Source: Amoebophrya sp. A120 (Eukaryota; Protista; Dinoflagellata). From it: DNA of 64,000 bases. The stretch is taken from the NCBI GenBank assembly GCA_905178155.1, contig CAJINV010000013.1, positions 114,344 through 178,343 of the forward strand. The letters run 5' to 3'. The position numbers and the translations under genes were made by a program. Under the pieces are notes generated by a model. The model saw only the letters and a program-made list of their open reading frames with translations. It did not search any database and had not been told where the DNA came from. Positions 24,201 to 36,200 of this stretch are shown one piece after another; the first letter of the stretch is position 1; each line of letters opens with the position of its first letter.

Positions 24201-27200
24201 ATACATTGCGCCACGCATCCGCAACAGATCTTCGGCCGAATACGTCCTCTTCGAGCGCGATGAGTGCAGCGGCACTGTCGTCATCCGATGAAGACCCACC
24301 AGTATTTGTTTTCATAGCGGGTGAACTGCGCGCCAAGAAGTCTCGTGAAGCCGTTTTTCTTCGGAGCCTTTTCCTCGGAGGGCCATCTGCAGCCGGCGAG
24401 CCAGGATATGTGCAATGAATTAAAAGTTTCTCAAGGCTTTGAAGTAGGCCGAGTTCCAGTGGTGCCGCTCGGCGAAGGGTGGCATTCTCATCCCATGGTC
24501 GGTAGAGAACAGCTAAGGCTTGCAAAACAACACCGACCCTTTGCGCGGTTGCAGCGTCGTCAGGTACAGATTTCGTGAGGTCGCCCAGAAAGGCAGCAAT
24601 CCACTGCGTCGAAACTGTGCTTGCTGCACTGTGATTGTTCGCGACTGCGCTCACTTTGCCCAGTGAAACAGCAGGCGTTGCTGCCGACGCGTCGCCAATC
24701 TGGAATTCGAAACTCACTTCGACAGCGGTTCCTTCGCGACGGGGAAAGCGGAGGACTAGCTCCTCCCCGTCAGAAAAAAGCCACGGAGAGGAGTGCTGAC
24801 CTTCTTCGGAGTGAAGCAGCACAAGCTTATCGGCGTCTTGTCCCACCTGCTGCCTTTGATAAATAGCGAGATTTTTGCGAATGCCATCTTCGCCTCCCTC
24901 CATTTCGCTACACCGATCGTCGTGTCGGCCGTGGTTTGTCGCAGCAAATTCGCTCAGCTTGGAACACACAGCAGTGATCAAGGAGGATCTGGCTTTTGTG
25001 CGATCAGCAGCGACTGTGGGCAAAGAGATTCTCGTGAAACCAATAAAATCACTTGTGCTGAAAGACCGCATCAAGTCGCCTTCCAAGACCCTGGTCGGTC
25101 CGAAAGGCACTTCCGCCGCAAAAACCTCGGGACGAAAAAACCGCACCCTCACATTGGACACACCATTGCCCCGTGGAGCGAGCGCGAAGTACGGGGTCGC
25201 TGCTCCGGGTGCGAAGAGAATGCTGTTCCCATCAGGTCCCTCGCTAGACGCTGACGTTGAGGTCGGAGAACTCGTCGTGTCTTCTCCTGGTACGGGATCT
25301 AGCATTACACGGAACTGGGGGCACTGCTTCAAAATGGGGCTTTTTCGGAATATCTCGTCTACGATCTCTTCACGAAAAGTGGCTGGAAGTTCGGCCGCGG
25401 CGCCAAATGGAGATAAAGGCGGCATACGTGCAGAAATTTCTAGTGCTTCCGAGCCGTTCTTCTGCAGGTTGGGTACTGCCAACGCAACGGTAATCGATGA
25501 TGGCCTCGCATCCCATCTGAGAGTGATCTTGTCAGTCGCAGGCAAAAAAACAGCACGCGACCGAGTTGTGTCTCGTGCGACAACCCAGCGCCAGAAGGCA
25601 TCGTGGTCATTGGCCAGAGACCGAATCCGGGATTCAGGCAGAAACAGTGCACCCGCAGGCCCGTTTAGTGCCAATGCCAGTTGGTTGCGAGCTGTTCCTC
25701 CTTCTGATTGGGCATCAAGAACATCGGCGCTTCCCCCGGCGCTGTCCGCAGGAGTACCGTCGGGGCTTGCGTTTCGAAGAAGCCCTTTCGTGATGGAGGA
25801 GCCATGTACAACAACTTCGTAATCAACAGCGCGATCAGTTGTTGCACTTTCGATTTGAAGACGCAGAACTTTCTCTAGCAACTGCTGGTGTAGCTCGTCC
25901 CAAGCGAGCTGCACCGTTGTCAGGGCGGGCACTTCCTTCGACCACTTGAAGGCCAGGCTGAGAGGCTGCGCCAATAATGGCTCTCCTGTCCACGCGTTCT
26001 CCACAACAACCTGGTGTTCGTCTCGGCGCTCGGCGCCACGGGTGTTTCGCGTTCCCAGGTAACTTTTCAAATCGAGGCTGTACACAACGAAGTGAAGCAA
26101 AGGACCAAGGGCGGCGTCATCCGTGCTATGCGCGGGGTAGAACATATTCTCCTCGTGCTCCTGGTGTGGTATAGGAGATCTCAATTGCTTCGCTTTCCCT
26201 GCTTGTGTGCAGTGCTTCGATAAACTTGCTGTGAGCGTTTTGCGATCCTTTGCCGCGGCTGAGTTTGCGACCCCGCAAATTTGTGAACTTCGCAAAACTA
26301 CACCGGCTCCAATGTCCCATCCGGTGCTGGCGAAGGAGAGCGGATCTGCGTAATGCAGCTCCACGACATATCCAGGAGGGGCTTCCGCTGCTTGGGATGA
26401 TGAACTGCGAAGGCTAAAGTTCGACTTCTCATCATCGGTTGCAATGCCATAGTCCAAGATGGCTGTCCGCAGGGATTCGATGGTTCTGCATGAAGCGACA
26501 AGACTGTACGAGTGCTGCGATTTTTTTGTCTTTTGGCATATCCACCACTTCTTTTGGCGCGCACAATTGCTCCACGCGCACACTTGGCCATCGGGAATGC
26601 ACTTCTTGCGCGCACATCATGCACAATTGGCAATTGCACTTTTTGCGCACACACTCAAACATTGCGCAGCGTTTCGACGTGTACACATCCACAATGCAGC
26701 TACAGTTACTCGTACGGTGTTGCCGTCCATAACATGGATCCTCGGTGCAGAGGCACTGAGTATTCTGAGCCGCCACGGTGTATCGAGTCAACATCCTCAA
26801 ACCATGTAGCATTTGCGTGAACAAGCGAGCTGCTGTATGCATGATTAGACCTCACCCAAGCGTCAGCAATGTCGCGATACCTTATACACAGAGGCTGCTA
26901 CTTCTAGGGACGACCGTTGACGGTGACAGATTGGCAAGTACGAAGGCAAAGAGAGAGAGAGAGAGAGACGAGAGAAACAAAAGAGAGAGAGAGAGAGAGA
27001 CGAGAGAAACAAAATACAATATGTGGTACCTCGTTACACCTACAGGAGCTGCAAGGAAAGTGGGATATTTTATTTACAGATAATCGTGCAAGGGTACCAC
27101 CCGTAAAGTGCTTTCTTCGCCGTGCTTGTTTGACGAATAGCAACTACAACTACTTGTAGAGTAGTGCACTACATTAACGTGTGTGGAGGTCTTAGTGATG

Positions 27201-30200
27201 TGGTGGATATCCTCTCAGCAATTGCCGCCATTGTAAAGAGAAGTTTCCGCAGCGACCGGCGGTGCGGTTGAATGTTGTTTATCGCTACCACCATGTCATT
27301 GACGACATTTCGTAAGAACGTACGAGAGCGATTTTCCCGCAGGCGCCAAAAATTCACCCCGGCTTCTATGGTGTCGAAGTAGTTCGCTACTTCCGACGCC
27401 GCATGCAACGAGGGCAACCCTTCTTTTACCAGCAACACAAGAGCGTCCTTCGCCGCGTCAGAGCCATCGTCTCTGGAGTACTTGCAAAGTGCGAGCGAGA
27501 AAACACTGACGATTTCGTCCTGTGCCCCGTTTGATTTCCCGCCTCCCATAATCTCCTCGAAGTACTTCGTCAGGCTCGGAAACTTTTCGTGAGCCATTTT
27601 TTTCCACCGTCTCCAGCAATTAGCAGGACTGGAAACATCGTCGAGAAAGTCCGCCTCCGCGAGGTTTTTCAGTTGCTCCGCAACGCACTTTAGTGGAGCT
27701 ATTGGCTCATTTTCAAGACGAGCAGTTCTTGCCTGGTGCACGCAAATCTCCCCGACCCTTTTGGAAGCCAATACAGAAGCAATTTTCCCAGCATTGATCC
27801 CCAAAACTGCAGGGCCGCGAAGCCGGAATAGAGAATCCAGGGCTGTATCAGGTGCAGGATCTTCATCAGAGGACGTTATTTTGTATTCTGTCGCGTCACC
27901 CACATCGCCCGCGGCAACCGAAGATCTCGCTTTTGCTGGCAAGCAGCACTTTTCAACTGACGCGCTTGATTTGGCTTCTTCGTTCGTCACGTTTCTTTTG
28001 TCGCAGCTGGCGCAGGAGTGGCTGCTCACGGTGTCTCCGACGTCGACGTCGGGAAGTGCTGGTCCACTAACGAGCCTTGTACTGCGGCCTGGCTTACTGG
28101 TACCAGACTCGGTTCGTCCAACTTCGTATTTCACTGCCGACAATGTGACATCAACGCGGCCAAAATAGAAGTTGTCTTCGCGGGCGTCGACGTAAAACCA
28201 GACAAGGCCACCTTTCGTGTGAAAGTCGAATTCCTTCGCACGCAACGCGCCACTTTCCGTTTCCCAATAACCGGTGTAGCTGTAAATTCGAACCTGCCAA
28301 TCCCATAACTTGTCTACGTGAACAAAATTTTCGGGAGCAGCTGCCGTTGACGACGGAAAAGACAACACTGGAGTGGCCGTCACTATGATGAACTCTATGT
28401 CTCTATTATCACCTTAAAAGCTGTTGCTCGCCCAATTCATGTCATGCTAACTAAGGGGAACATGCGTAAGCGTATCAATCTCCCAATGCTTCAACACCTG
28501 GAAATGCGGGGAAGCTAAGCAATGGCAAGAATAGGTCCATAGATTGATCTGCAAAAAAAGGAGTGCATGCTGCAATCACAAACCAGCATTCGATTAAAAA
28601 GTGTTCGGACTGCATGCATACCAGTACTTGGCTTTGAATCAATACAAACTACGAAGGTTCAGGGCGTTACTTTCCTGACGTGCGGACGGAAGCAACAAGT
28701 CCGTCAAGGCAACAAATAATTAATTCCTAGAGCACTCTACACCGGAGATGAAAGTGGTGGTGGTCTTTTCGTCGGTAGTTAAGAAGAAATTAGAGGAATC
28801 CTTTCAATGTGATAAATTTCCAGGCAGCCACTTTCTTCGCTGCCAGTCTGAGGAAAGAAAGCGCTCTCAGTGCGGTATGCGCAGCCGCTCTCGTTGATAA
28901 GTGGTAGTCCGACGTGAGTCGTCGTTGTGTCGCGTAACCACACCCAGTATCGAGGCTGCGGGCTGTCTCGTGCTGTACTTGGCGTCTCCAGTTCCGTTTG
29001 CGTTTCCGTTTCTGTGCTGAGAAAATCAGGATCAGGATCGTAGTGTTCTTTGATATAGCGTGCCACGGTCGGGGGTTGCAACACAAACGTGCCCGGCACC
29101 ACGCCTTGTCGTGATTGCCAGTCGGCGCCGTCCACAATCCATTTCCAGGGTAGTTGCAGGGGAGGAGCCTCAACACTGGCCCAAGGCCCAGCTCCACGCG
29201 ACGGTGCGGCGCTGGGCGAAAATCCGCTCCCAGTAGCTGGCTCATGCGGTTTGTACGGGAAATGCAAGTGCTCCCCGATAGCGAAGATCACAACCTGGGC
29301 GAAATTTTCGGTCTTCGTGACGCCGGAGGTCCAAATTTGCACGCCAGCTGGAGAGAAAAACAATTGCCCCGTACTGCCCAAAAAGTTTTGGCCAGTTTGC
29401 CACGATCCAGTCGTCCGCAAGTACTGATACGAGTCTCGGACGCCCGGTTTGCCTTCTGCTAGAATGGATACCCTGTTCTGGACTTTCTCGACAAGGCGCC
29501 ACACGCCGTCGGACATCTCAAAGCGGGCGGTTCTCGCGGGTGGAGAGGCGAATGTCGTGTGACTGATATGCTGTCAACATGTGACAGGATGGTGCCCGAG
29601 CGCGAGTTGGACAGGTTAGTTACCACGTACTCGCCATTCAAATGCGGCCACGGCAAGCCTTGTACCTGGACACCGCGCCGCTCGATCTTCTCGAGTGCGT
29701 GATCGAGCCGTCCCGTGAGATAATGACCAAAGACGCACCGCATTCCTGCAAAACCTGAGAACTGGATGCGCACCGTTGTCGTGTCCACTTCCGTCACGCG
29801 ACCTAGCACTTCGGCTTCAATCCACTCCCAAGCTCGTCCTTTCTCGTTGTAGGTAAGAATAGGGTTTGTAGTGATGACCGAATCTGAGGAGCCTAGACTG
29901 CTAAGCACTCCGGTAGTACATGCGTCACACCGCTCGCGCCGCCAGCTAACTTGCTCGATCGTGGACGGAAGTTGAAAGTGCAACTCGCACGGCCACACGG
30001 ACTCTTGCTCCCGATACGCAAAGCGCCAGCATCTTCGGCCCAACGCTGTGTAACTATTGAAACATTCTGCTGCACAAGATTCAAAGCTGAGATTTTTGAG
30101 GCCCCTTTGCTGCGTGACAAGATAAACTTCTTCGGACTCTGATATGACGACGAAGTTGCCGGCGTCATCTTGCGAGAGCGGGTCCATTTGATCTCCATGC

Positions 30201-33200
30201 GGCTTGATCGGTATGTACAGTGTCCCCACGTGGCGCGAAACGACAAGATTTGGCCATGGCGTAAGGAAGCGAAAAACATCTTTCTACGCTTGCTGGAAGA
30301 TCACAGGCCCTAGCCGGGATCGCATCACTCCAGCTTCAGTGGAAGCGTTCTCCTCGGCAGGGCGCGTTTTGGCTGGGCCTACATGTGGAGCAGATCCTCC
30401 TCCATGCCCAGAAGCAGAGCTTAGATACCTTGTTGACTCGAGCTCCGTCTGCGAGGACTTTAGCACTACTTCAGCCGTGGTGCTAGGTGCTCCTTTGCTC
30501 CGCCAAGAGCGAGTCGGCAACGTCAAGTGTTGGAGAAAATCAGTGGACAGTGCCTGAGTGAGAGAAACTGGGCATGACGCGTCGCCTTCTGTCGAGGTGC
30601 ACGTCTGTACCAGGAGAACAGAAGAGCTGCTGAGAAACGAGTCCTGCTCCTGCGCTTGTTCACGCGAAGGCGAATCACAATGCAGCTTGTCCACCAACAT
30701 TTCGCCCCGGGTACCGACTGGAAAATAAACTGCGTGTCCGTGATGCAGCAGATTTGTATCCCCGACTCCGGTGAAGGCGTTATCGTATACTACTCTGAGC
30801 AAGTCGGACTCACACAAGGCCAAAAACGACAAGCCACCAAGCGACACATGTACCTGCACGCCCGCGAATCTGCAATCTTCATCACGAGAATTATCTGGTG
30901 AATCCACGACCTCACCCTGTGTCCGTGCACGGCGGCGACCACGGTCGCGGAAAAGCTGCTCTGCGCTTGCGCGGAAGGACGAACTTGTAGAGCGGCCTGG
31001 TTCTGTTGCTCTTACGACCGCGACATAGAAGCTTCCGGCTTCAAGCGCTACTCGCTCTGTGACCTGATCAAGTTCCAGCGCGTGAAGAACAAAGTCGCGG
31101 ACGGTCTCCAGGAAAGGAGCACGATCCCCATACCAATGTTGAACGTGTATTGTCCGCCGCTTAAGGGGATGTCCATTGAGAAACACCGGAAGTTCAACAA
31201 CGTCGGGAAAAGTGTAATGGACCGTAGCAATTTCCTGCGTTTCATCAGCGTGGCGGCTTTCTTGGTAGTGATCATATCGTGGATGCCACAACCCTTTGTG
31301 CAAGGCGCATTCACGATCAGGCCTGTTGACTTGCTCTGCAAATTTCGCGTCACCCCCTGCAAAGATGTGTTGGGATGGCAAGACGTTGCGTGATACTCTT
31401 CCCTGCGGACGGCTGCAAATTTTTGTTTTCAGAAAAATCTTAATCAGAGTGTGGTGCTGTATGAACTGTACTTCATTTTTACGGAGCCCGAGCTCTTGGA
31501 AAGAAAGTCACAGAGACCTGCTTGTACCCCAACTACAGGGTTGTATTTCGCTAAATTTTTTGACGTTCTCCTCGTTTGTTCAAACTTGATCTGGAAACAT
31601 GCAAGAGCATGTGCAAGACTGACCTTGAAGCATAAAAATAAAACTGACTCCGAGAAAATTGAGAAGTACTCGATCGATTGCAGGCTTCCATCTGGTTGCA
31701 AGACTCCGATTTGGAATTTCTCCATTTCATCGTCAGTTCGACGGGTGCGGTCCCACGATGCGAAGAAGTTTGGCACTTTCGCGTGACCTAGTTGCGCTCC
31801 CGATATCACAGGCCAAGTGGTCGTCCCTTTCATGTTCTTCACGACCTCCTGTGTTCTTCCTCCCCAACGGCTGGAATGATGAACCCGCAGGTCCTGGTTT
31901 GGCAGGGCGTCTTGCAGTGACGAACTCTGGTCGCAGGTTTGGACTGGGCGATTGTCATTGACGCTGGTGCGCACGTCAACAAAAACGCGTAGGTGTGGTC
32001 GAATTTCGCCGCTGCTCTGATCTTGAAGGTCCTCCTCATCGCAAATGCGCTGGTTTGCATTCGGTTGTCTGTTCGTGAACGGCACTGCGTAATGCTCTTC
32101 GGGAACAAGAAGCACTCTAGTGGACGCACTCCGGTCAGGGGAAAAACAGTGTGGAACAAGATGCACATCGAACTCCATATTCTCCAGGCGCTCAATGACG
32201 TGAGCCAGTGTCTGTGATGCGTCAATACTAGACTTTATCACACTACGACTACTTACGTGTCGAAGTTGAGGATTTGTTCATTTGATCTTTATCCAATGAG
32301 CCGTCACATGCACCACGACAAACACAAAAACTAAACTGGTGAATCTATTGTCAATTTTTCGTATTCTGATGAGGCTTTATTGTCACATGCACCACGACAA
32401 ACACAAAAACTAAACTGGTGAGNTGCTGAGAAACGAGTCCTGCTCCTGCGCTTGTTCACGCGAATCACAATGCAGCTTGTCCACCAACATTTCGCCCCGG
32501 GTACCGACTGGAAAATAAACTGCGTGTCCGTGATGCAGCAGATTTGTATCCCCGACTCCGGTGAAGGCGTTATCGTATACTTCTCTGAGCAAGTCGGACT
32601 CACACAAGGCCAAAAACGGCGAGCCACCAAGCGACATATGTACCTGCACGCCCGCAAATCTGCAATTTTCATCACGAGAATTATCTGGTGAATCCACGAC
32701 CTCACTCTGTGTCCGTGCACGGCGGCGACCACGGTCGCGGAAAAGCTGCTCTGCGTTTGCGCGGAAGGACGGACTTGTAGAGCGGCCTGGTTCTACTGCT
32801 CTTACGACCGCGACATAGAAGCTTCCGGCTTCAAGCGCTACTCGCTCTGTGACCTGATCAAGTTCCAGCGCGTGAAGAACAAAGTCGCGGACGGTCTCCA
32901 GGAAAGGAGCGCGATCCCCATACCAATGTTGAACGTGTATTGTCCGCCGCTTAAGCGGATGTCCATTGAGAAACAACGGAAGTTCAACAACGTCGGGAAA
33001 AGTGTAATGGACCGTAGCAATTTCCTGCGTCTCATCAGCGTGGCGGCTTTCTTGGTGGTGACCATATCGTGGATGCCACAACCCTTTGTGCAAGGCGCAT
33101 TCACGATCAGGCCTGTTGACTTGCTCTGCAAATTTCGCGTCACCCGCTGCAAATTTGTGTTGGGATGGCAAGACGTTGCGTGATACTCTTCCCTGCGGAC

Positions 33201-36200
33201 GGCTGCAAATTTTTGTTTTCAGAGATATCTTAATCAGAATGTGGTGTATGAACTGTACTTCATTTTTGCGGACCCCGGGCTCTTGGAAAGAAAGTCACAG
33301 AGACCTGCTTGCACCCCAACTACAGGGTTGTATTTCGCTACCTAAATTTGTTTACGTTCTCGTTTGTTCAAACTTGAAGATCTGGAAACATGACTTTGAA
33401 GCATAAAAATAAAAATTTAACTCTGAGAAAATTGAGAAGTACTCGATCGATTGCAGGTCTCCATCTGGTTGCAAGACTCCGATTTGGATTTTCTCCATTT
33501 CATCGTCAGTTCGACGGGTGCGGTCCCACGATGCGAAGAAGTTTGGCACTTTCGCGTGACCTAGTTGCGCTCCAGATATCACAGGCCAAATGGTCGTCCC
33601 TTTCATGTTCTTCACGACCTCCTGTGTTCTTCCTCCCCAACGGCTGGAATGATGAACCCGCAGGTCCTGGTTTGGCAGGGCGTCTTGCAGTGACGAACTC
33701 TGGTCGCAGGTTTGGACTGGGCGATTGTCATTGACGCTGGTGCGCACGTCAACAAAAACGCGTAGGTGTGGTCGCATTTCGCCGCTGCTCTGATCTTGAA
33801 GGTCCTCCTCATCGCACATGCGCTGGTTTGCATTCGGTTGTCTGTTCGTGAACGGCACTGCGTAATGCTCTTCGGGAACAAGAAGCACTCTAGTGGACGC
33901 ACTCCGGTCAGGGGAAAAACAGTGTGGAACAAGATGCACATCGAACTCCATATCCTCCAGGCGCTCAATGACGTGAGCCAGTGTCTGTGATGTGTCAATA
34001 CTAGACTTTATCACACTACGTGTCGAAGTTGAGGATTTGTTCATTTGATCTTTATCCAATGAGCCGTCACATGCACCACGACAAATACAAAAACTAAACT
34101 GGTGAGTCTATGCATTGTCAATTTTTCGTATTCTGATGAGGCTTTATTGTCACATGCACCACGACAAACACAAAAAGTAGACTGGTGAGTTTGCCTCCTT
34201 TATTTTTTCTCGCGAATGAAGCACTTACTTCTTTTACCTTGTGTACAGCTCGGAGATCTTCTTGGAAGGGGCCGGCCGCCTGTTTGGCTTCCTCCATATC
34301 ATCGACCGCCGTCGCATGCTCTGTGACCGCCGCCTGCAAGGTTGTCGCTAGAAAGGCCCGAGTTGTACTGCCGAGGGCTACACCAGTCCAAACGCCAATG
34401 TGCAAGCCAAGAGTCTCGCGCAAGCAGAAAACTACATGTCTTGCAGCTGCACCACTAGCCCCGAGTGAGGTCCGGCCCTTCATTCTTGTGCTTAATGCAA
34501 TGGGTCGGAAGGAAGCCTCGAACTCTTTAGCCAACTGGTCCTGCGTTGACCCGAACATCACTTCTAGGACGACAGAAAGTTGTGTCTTTGTTGGTATCGT
34601 CCTGGGTAGCAGTGCGTGGAAACTTTGCGGACTGGGGAAACACACGGCTTTCTCCCTGGTAGTGCTGCTGTGATCGGTGGCGCAAGTTGGGCTGGGATTT
34701 TCTGTGGAGGGGACACTATGGTCCTCGTGTTTCAACAAAAGCTGTGGAGGCTGCTTGCCCTGCCTACAGAGAGTATCATGCTGCTCCGCATTCTTTCCGA
34801 GGTTTCCACGTCCCACACTGGAGTACTTCTGGGCTACTATTTTTTCTTGATACAGTGTCCGTAAACGTAATGCTGCTGCTATGATGGATACACCGCGAGC
34901 GTTGTAAGCGGACGAGTCAGTAGAAAATGCAATACTTCTCCTGTGATTCCAACCAAGGAGCGAGAAACTGCTTTGCTTCAACTTCCCCCACAGTGGCAAC
35001 TGCCTCTGTTGCGATCCAGGTCCCGGAGACGCTGAGCTTCCTGCGTTTTGCGTGTGGTGCTTGCTCGCGAACCAGCTGTGGCCATATTCTTGCGTTGCAA
35101 CCTGCGTGCGTGTTTCGTTTTGTCCGTTTCGGAAGTCTGATGATAGCATTTTGACGATCAACCTCGCGAAGCCGCCGATGGCATTTTGACCAGCACATAC
35201 ATAGTAGCCCGAGGGGTCGTCATCTTTCGGTTGTGTGCTTGGTGAGGCCCCCGATGAGTCGTCTGGGTCAAGGTTCTTCCCCCGCAAAATGGAGACAAGA
35301 GGTTTCGACAGCAGGCATTTGATTTTCGTTCTTCTCGTTTCTTCTACAGGACCGCGATATTCAAAGCTCCACACATCCTCGTGCGCTTTGTCACCGTCAT
35401 TGTCACGTACATCTTTCTTGCGGTCGTGGGCCTGATTCAACCTCGTGATGACACATGCGGAAGGAAAGCGATTGTGGGCAAAGCGCGCTTCTGCAATTTC
35501 CTCGTGATAATGACCTTCGCACCCCGCCAGATACGAAAATGGTTCTTGTAGTAGCGTACTACTGTCGTTCTGAGACGGTTCCAAAGGGTCCGTCATCAAG
35601 ACACCGCTCGCACGCAGCTGTTCGATGTCGCCATTTTGAAAATCATTGCGCGCCGTTGCAATTAGACTTACCACAAGCATTCTCGGTGGCAGCAATGCGT
35701 CGCGACTGCTCTCGGGCAGGCTGAAGAGCTTGGCATCTTCTTGTCGACTGCGTCTCAACAAATACTCGTCTTGCTCACCGAACTTCGTCGTTGCGCCGGT
35801 GCCGTGCGCAGCGTTGCCCCTGCTTTCCCCGATGAACTTAAGCTTCTGCAACGACGCCGCGTGGCTCGTACTGGGTCCTTCGACGTCGTGTTCAAGCTTT
35901 CGCACGATGCATTCAACAACCGGCGCAAAACCGGGNAAAACTAAACTGGTGAATCTATTGTCAATTTTTCGTATTCTGATGAGGCTTTATTGTCACATGC
36001 ACCACGACAAACACAAAAACTAAACTGGTGAGTTTGCCTCCTTTATTTTTTCTCGCGAATGCTATGTTTGGCTTATGAAGCACTTACTTCTTTTACCTTG
36101 TGTACAGCTCGGAAATCTCCTTGGAGGGGGCCGGCCGCCTGTTTGGCTTCCTCCATATCATCGACCGCCGTCGCATGCTCTGTGCCCGCCGCCTGCAAGG

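Noticed and set aside
32304-36032. CRISPR-like ~40-bp repeats with spacers
   Set aside because: The spacers are near-identical, no cas genes are present, and the copies come from a local duplication plus the bubble.
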